This document shows positions 61,001-64,000 of a stretch of DNA of 64,000 nucleotides, in pieces. Each line of letters begins with the position of its first letter. Positions within the stretch are counted from its first letter, which is position 1. The notes under the pieces were generated by a model. It did no database searches. It was given only the letters and a program-made list of their open reading frames with translations, and had not been told where the DNA came from. The stretch is from Yuukianura sp. NJ FZ-2021. Its lineage: Eukaryota. The stretch spans positions 1 through 64,000 of the forward strand of contig JAJCTO010000013.1 of the NCBI GenBank assembly GCA_046563655.1, read 5' to 3'. A program made the position numbers and the translations under genes.

Positions 61001-64000
61001 TACAGTAAATGCTTGCACACTGTCTCGAATGTGCTGATCACATTCCATCTTGCAGCCCACAGACTAGGGACTAAGAGTTGGTTAGTGTGTTCCTGTAACA
61101 TCGTTGTAACCTATGCACGTCTAAGTGTCCCTGTTCACGCAGCGGATTTACCTTTGACCAAATTGCTTATTTTGTCGCTTTATGGCCAACGGTCCACACA
61201 TACATCTATTTCCACTTGCTATGGTCTAAAACTGTCGACTTATGATATTTAATTGAGCAGAGCTACGAAGCCAAAAGGCTCCTAAGCACTAGTTATAATT
61301 GCACATAAAAAACTAGTGTCTTAGGCGACACAGGGTTTTGTATTTTCAATCGTTGTTGCACATGGCTCTCCCTTCTAGTGTATACACATACAGCCAAACA
61401 ATTCCACTACAGTAAATGCTTGCACACTGTCTCGAATGTGCTGATCACATTCCATCTTGCAGCCCACAGACTAGGGACTAAGAGTTGGTTAGTGTGTTCC
61501 TGTAACATCGTTGTAACCTATGCACGTCTAAGTGTCCCTGTTCACGCAGCGGATTTACCTTTGACCAAATTGCTTATTTTGTCGCTTTATGGCCAACGGT
61601 CCACACATACATCTATTTCCACTTGCTATTGTCTACAACTGTCGACTTATGATATTTAATTGAGCAGAGCTACGAAGCCAAAAGGCTCCTAAGCACTAGT
61701 TATAATTGCATATAAAAAACTAGTGTCTTAGGCGACACAGGGTTTTGTATTTTCAATCGTTGTTGCACATGGCTCTCCCTTCTAGTGTATACACATACAG
61801 CCAAACAATTCCACTACAGTAAATGCTTGCACACTGTCTCGAATGTGCTGATCACATTCCATCTTGCAGCCCACAGACTAGGGACTAAGAGTTGGTTAGT
61901 GTGTTCCTGTAACCTCATTGTAACCTATGCACGTCTAAGTGTCCCTGTTCACGCAGCGGATTTACCTTTGACCAAATTGCTTATTTTGTGGCTTTATGGC
62001 CAACGGTCCACACATACATCTATTTCCACTTGCTATTGTCCACAACTGTCGACTTATGATATTTAATTGAGCAGAGCTACGAAGCCAAAAGGCTCCTAAG
62101 CACTAGTTATAATTGCATATAAAAAACTAGTGTCTTAGGCGACACAGGGTTTTGTATTTTCAATCGTTGTTGCACATGGCTCTCCCTTCTAGTGTATACA
62201 CATACAGCCAAACAATTCCACTACAGTAAATGCTTGCACACTGTCTCGAATGTGCTGATCACATTCCATCTTGCAGCCCACAGACTAGGGACTAAGAGTT
62301 GGTTAGTGTGTTCCTGTAACATCGTTGTAACCTATGCACGTCTAAGTGTCCCTGTTCACGCAGCGGATTTACCTTTGACCAAATTGCTTATTTTGTCGCT
62401 TTATGGCCAACGGTCCACACATACATCTATTTCCACTTGCTATTGTCAACAACTGTCGACTTATGATATTTAATTGAGCAGAGCTACGAAGCCAAAAGGC
62501 TCCTAAGCACTAGTTATAATTGCATATAAAAAACTAGTGTCTTAGGCGACACAGGGTTTTGTATTTTCAATCGTTGTTGCACATGGCTCTCCCTTCTAGT
62601 GTATACACATACAGCCAAACAATTCCACTACAGTAAATGCTTGCACACTGTCTCGAATGTGCTGATCACATTCCATCTTGCAGCCCACAGACTAGGGACT
62701 AAGAGTTGGTTAGTGTGTTCCTGTAACATCGTTGTAACCTATGCACGTCTAAGTGTCCCTGTTCACGCAGCGGATTTACCTTTGACCAAATTGCTTATTT
62801 TGTCGCTTTATGGCCAACGGTCCACACATACATCTATTTCCACTTGCTATTGTCTACAACTGTCGACTTATGATATTTAATTGAGCAGAGCTTCGAAGCC
62901 AAAAGGCTCCTAAGCACTAGTTATAATTGCACATAAAAAACTAGTGTCTTAGGCGACACAGGGTTTTGTATTTTCAATCGTTGTTGCACGTGGCTCTTGC
63001 TTCTATTGTATACACATACAGCCAAACAATTCCACTACAGTAAATGCTTGCACACTGTCTCGAATGTGCTGATCACATTCCATCTTGCAGCCCACAGACT
63101 AGGGACTAAGAGTTGGTTAGTGTGTTCCTGTAACCTCATTGTAACCTATGCACGTCTAAGTGTCCCTGTTCACGCAGCGGATTTACCTTTGACCAAATTG
63201 CTTATTTTGTGGCTTTATGGCCAACGGTCCACACATACATCTATTTCCACTTGCTATTGTCTACAACTGTCGACTTATGATATTTAATTGAGCAGAGCTA
63301 CGAAGCCAAAAGGCTCCTAAGCACTAGTTATAATTGCATATAAAAAACTAGTGTCTTAGGCGACACAGGGTTTTGTATTTTCAATCGTTGTTGCACATGG
63401 CTCTCCCTTCTAGTGTATACACATACAGCCAAACAATTCCACTACAGTAAATGCTTGCACACTGTCTCGAATGTGCTGATCACATTCCATCTTGCAGCCC
63501 ACAGACTAGGGACTAAGAGTTGGTTAGTGTGTTCCTGTAACATCGTTGTAACCTATGCACGTCTAAGTGTCCCTGTTCACGCAGCGGATTTACCTTTGAC
63601 CAAATTGCTTATTTTGTCGCTTTATGGCCAACGGTCCACACATACATCTATTTCCACTTGCTATTGTCTACAACTGTCGACTTATGATATTTAATTGAGC
63701 AGAGCTACGAAGCCAAAAGGCTCCTAAGCACTAGTTATAATTGCATATAAAAAACTAGTGTCTTAGGCGACACAGGGTTTTGTATTTTCAATCGTTGTTG
63801 CACATGGCTCTCCCTTCTAGTGTATACACATACAGCCAAACAATTCCACTACAGTAAATGCTTGCACACTGTCTCGAATGTGCTGATCACATTCCATCTT
63901 GCAGCCCACAGACTAGGGACTAAGAGTTGGTTAGTGTGTTCCTGTAACCTCATTGTAACCTATGCACGTCTAAGTGTCCCTGTTCACGCAGCGGATTTAC
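55070..64000. repeat. Satellite B array 3: 22 monomers (two 268-bp) plus one partial; runs off the window
   Basis: 405/407/268-bp periodicity. Confidence 0.98.

Noticed and set aside
16370..63694. Repeated 78-104-aa ORFs in satellite B monomers
   Set aside because: Mostly GTG/TTG starts, broken by stops and deletions in several monomers, variants largely non-synonymous, no domain.

Overview
Eukaryotic, entirely repeat-derived window with no host gene; the host cannot be identified from the sequence. It is a nested macro-tandem repeat of [Ty3/Gypsy LTR retrotransposon segment, minus strand] + [509-bp satellite A array] + [405/407-bp satellite B array], occurring three times. The outer LTR ends are at 9910, 28292 and 43090. 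Copy 1 (<1-9910) is near-complete: a ~653-bp putative 5' LTR, a ~1.9-kb leader, gag with one frameshift, and an intact PR-RT-RH-IN pol reached by a predicted -1 frameshift. Copies 2 and 3 are cut at the same base inside RT. The element carries unusual extra coding capacity, partly missed by the ORF track: (i) a third ORF of at least 337 codons (acidic, then Pro/Ser/Thr-rich, not env-like) starting immediately behind a strong splice acceptor after the pol stop; (ii) three small hydrophobic ORFs (44, 39 and 124 aa) in the leader, one behind its own splice acceptor; (iii) a degenerate dUTPase-like segment between PR and RT; (iv) no recognisable tRNA primer-binding site. Diagnostic SNPs allow array expansions and contractions to be reconstructed: a 9-monomer duplication, a 3-monomer duplication and a 12-monomer deletion.
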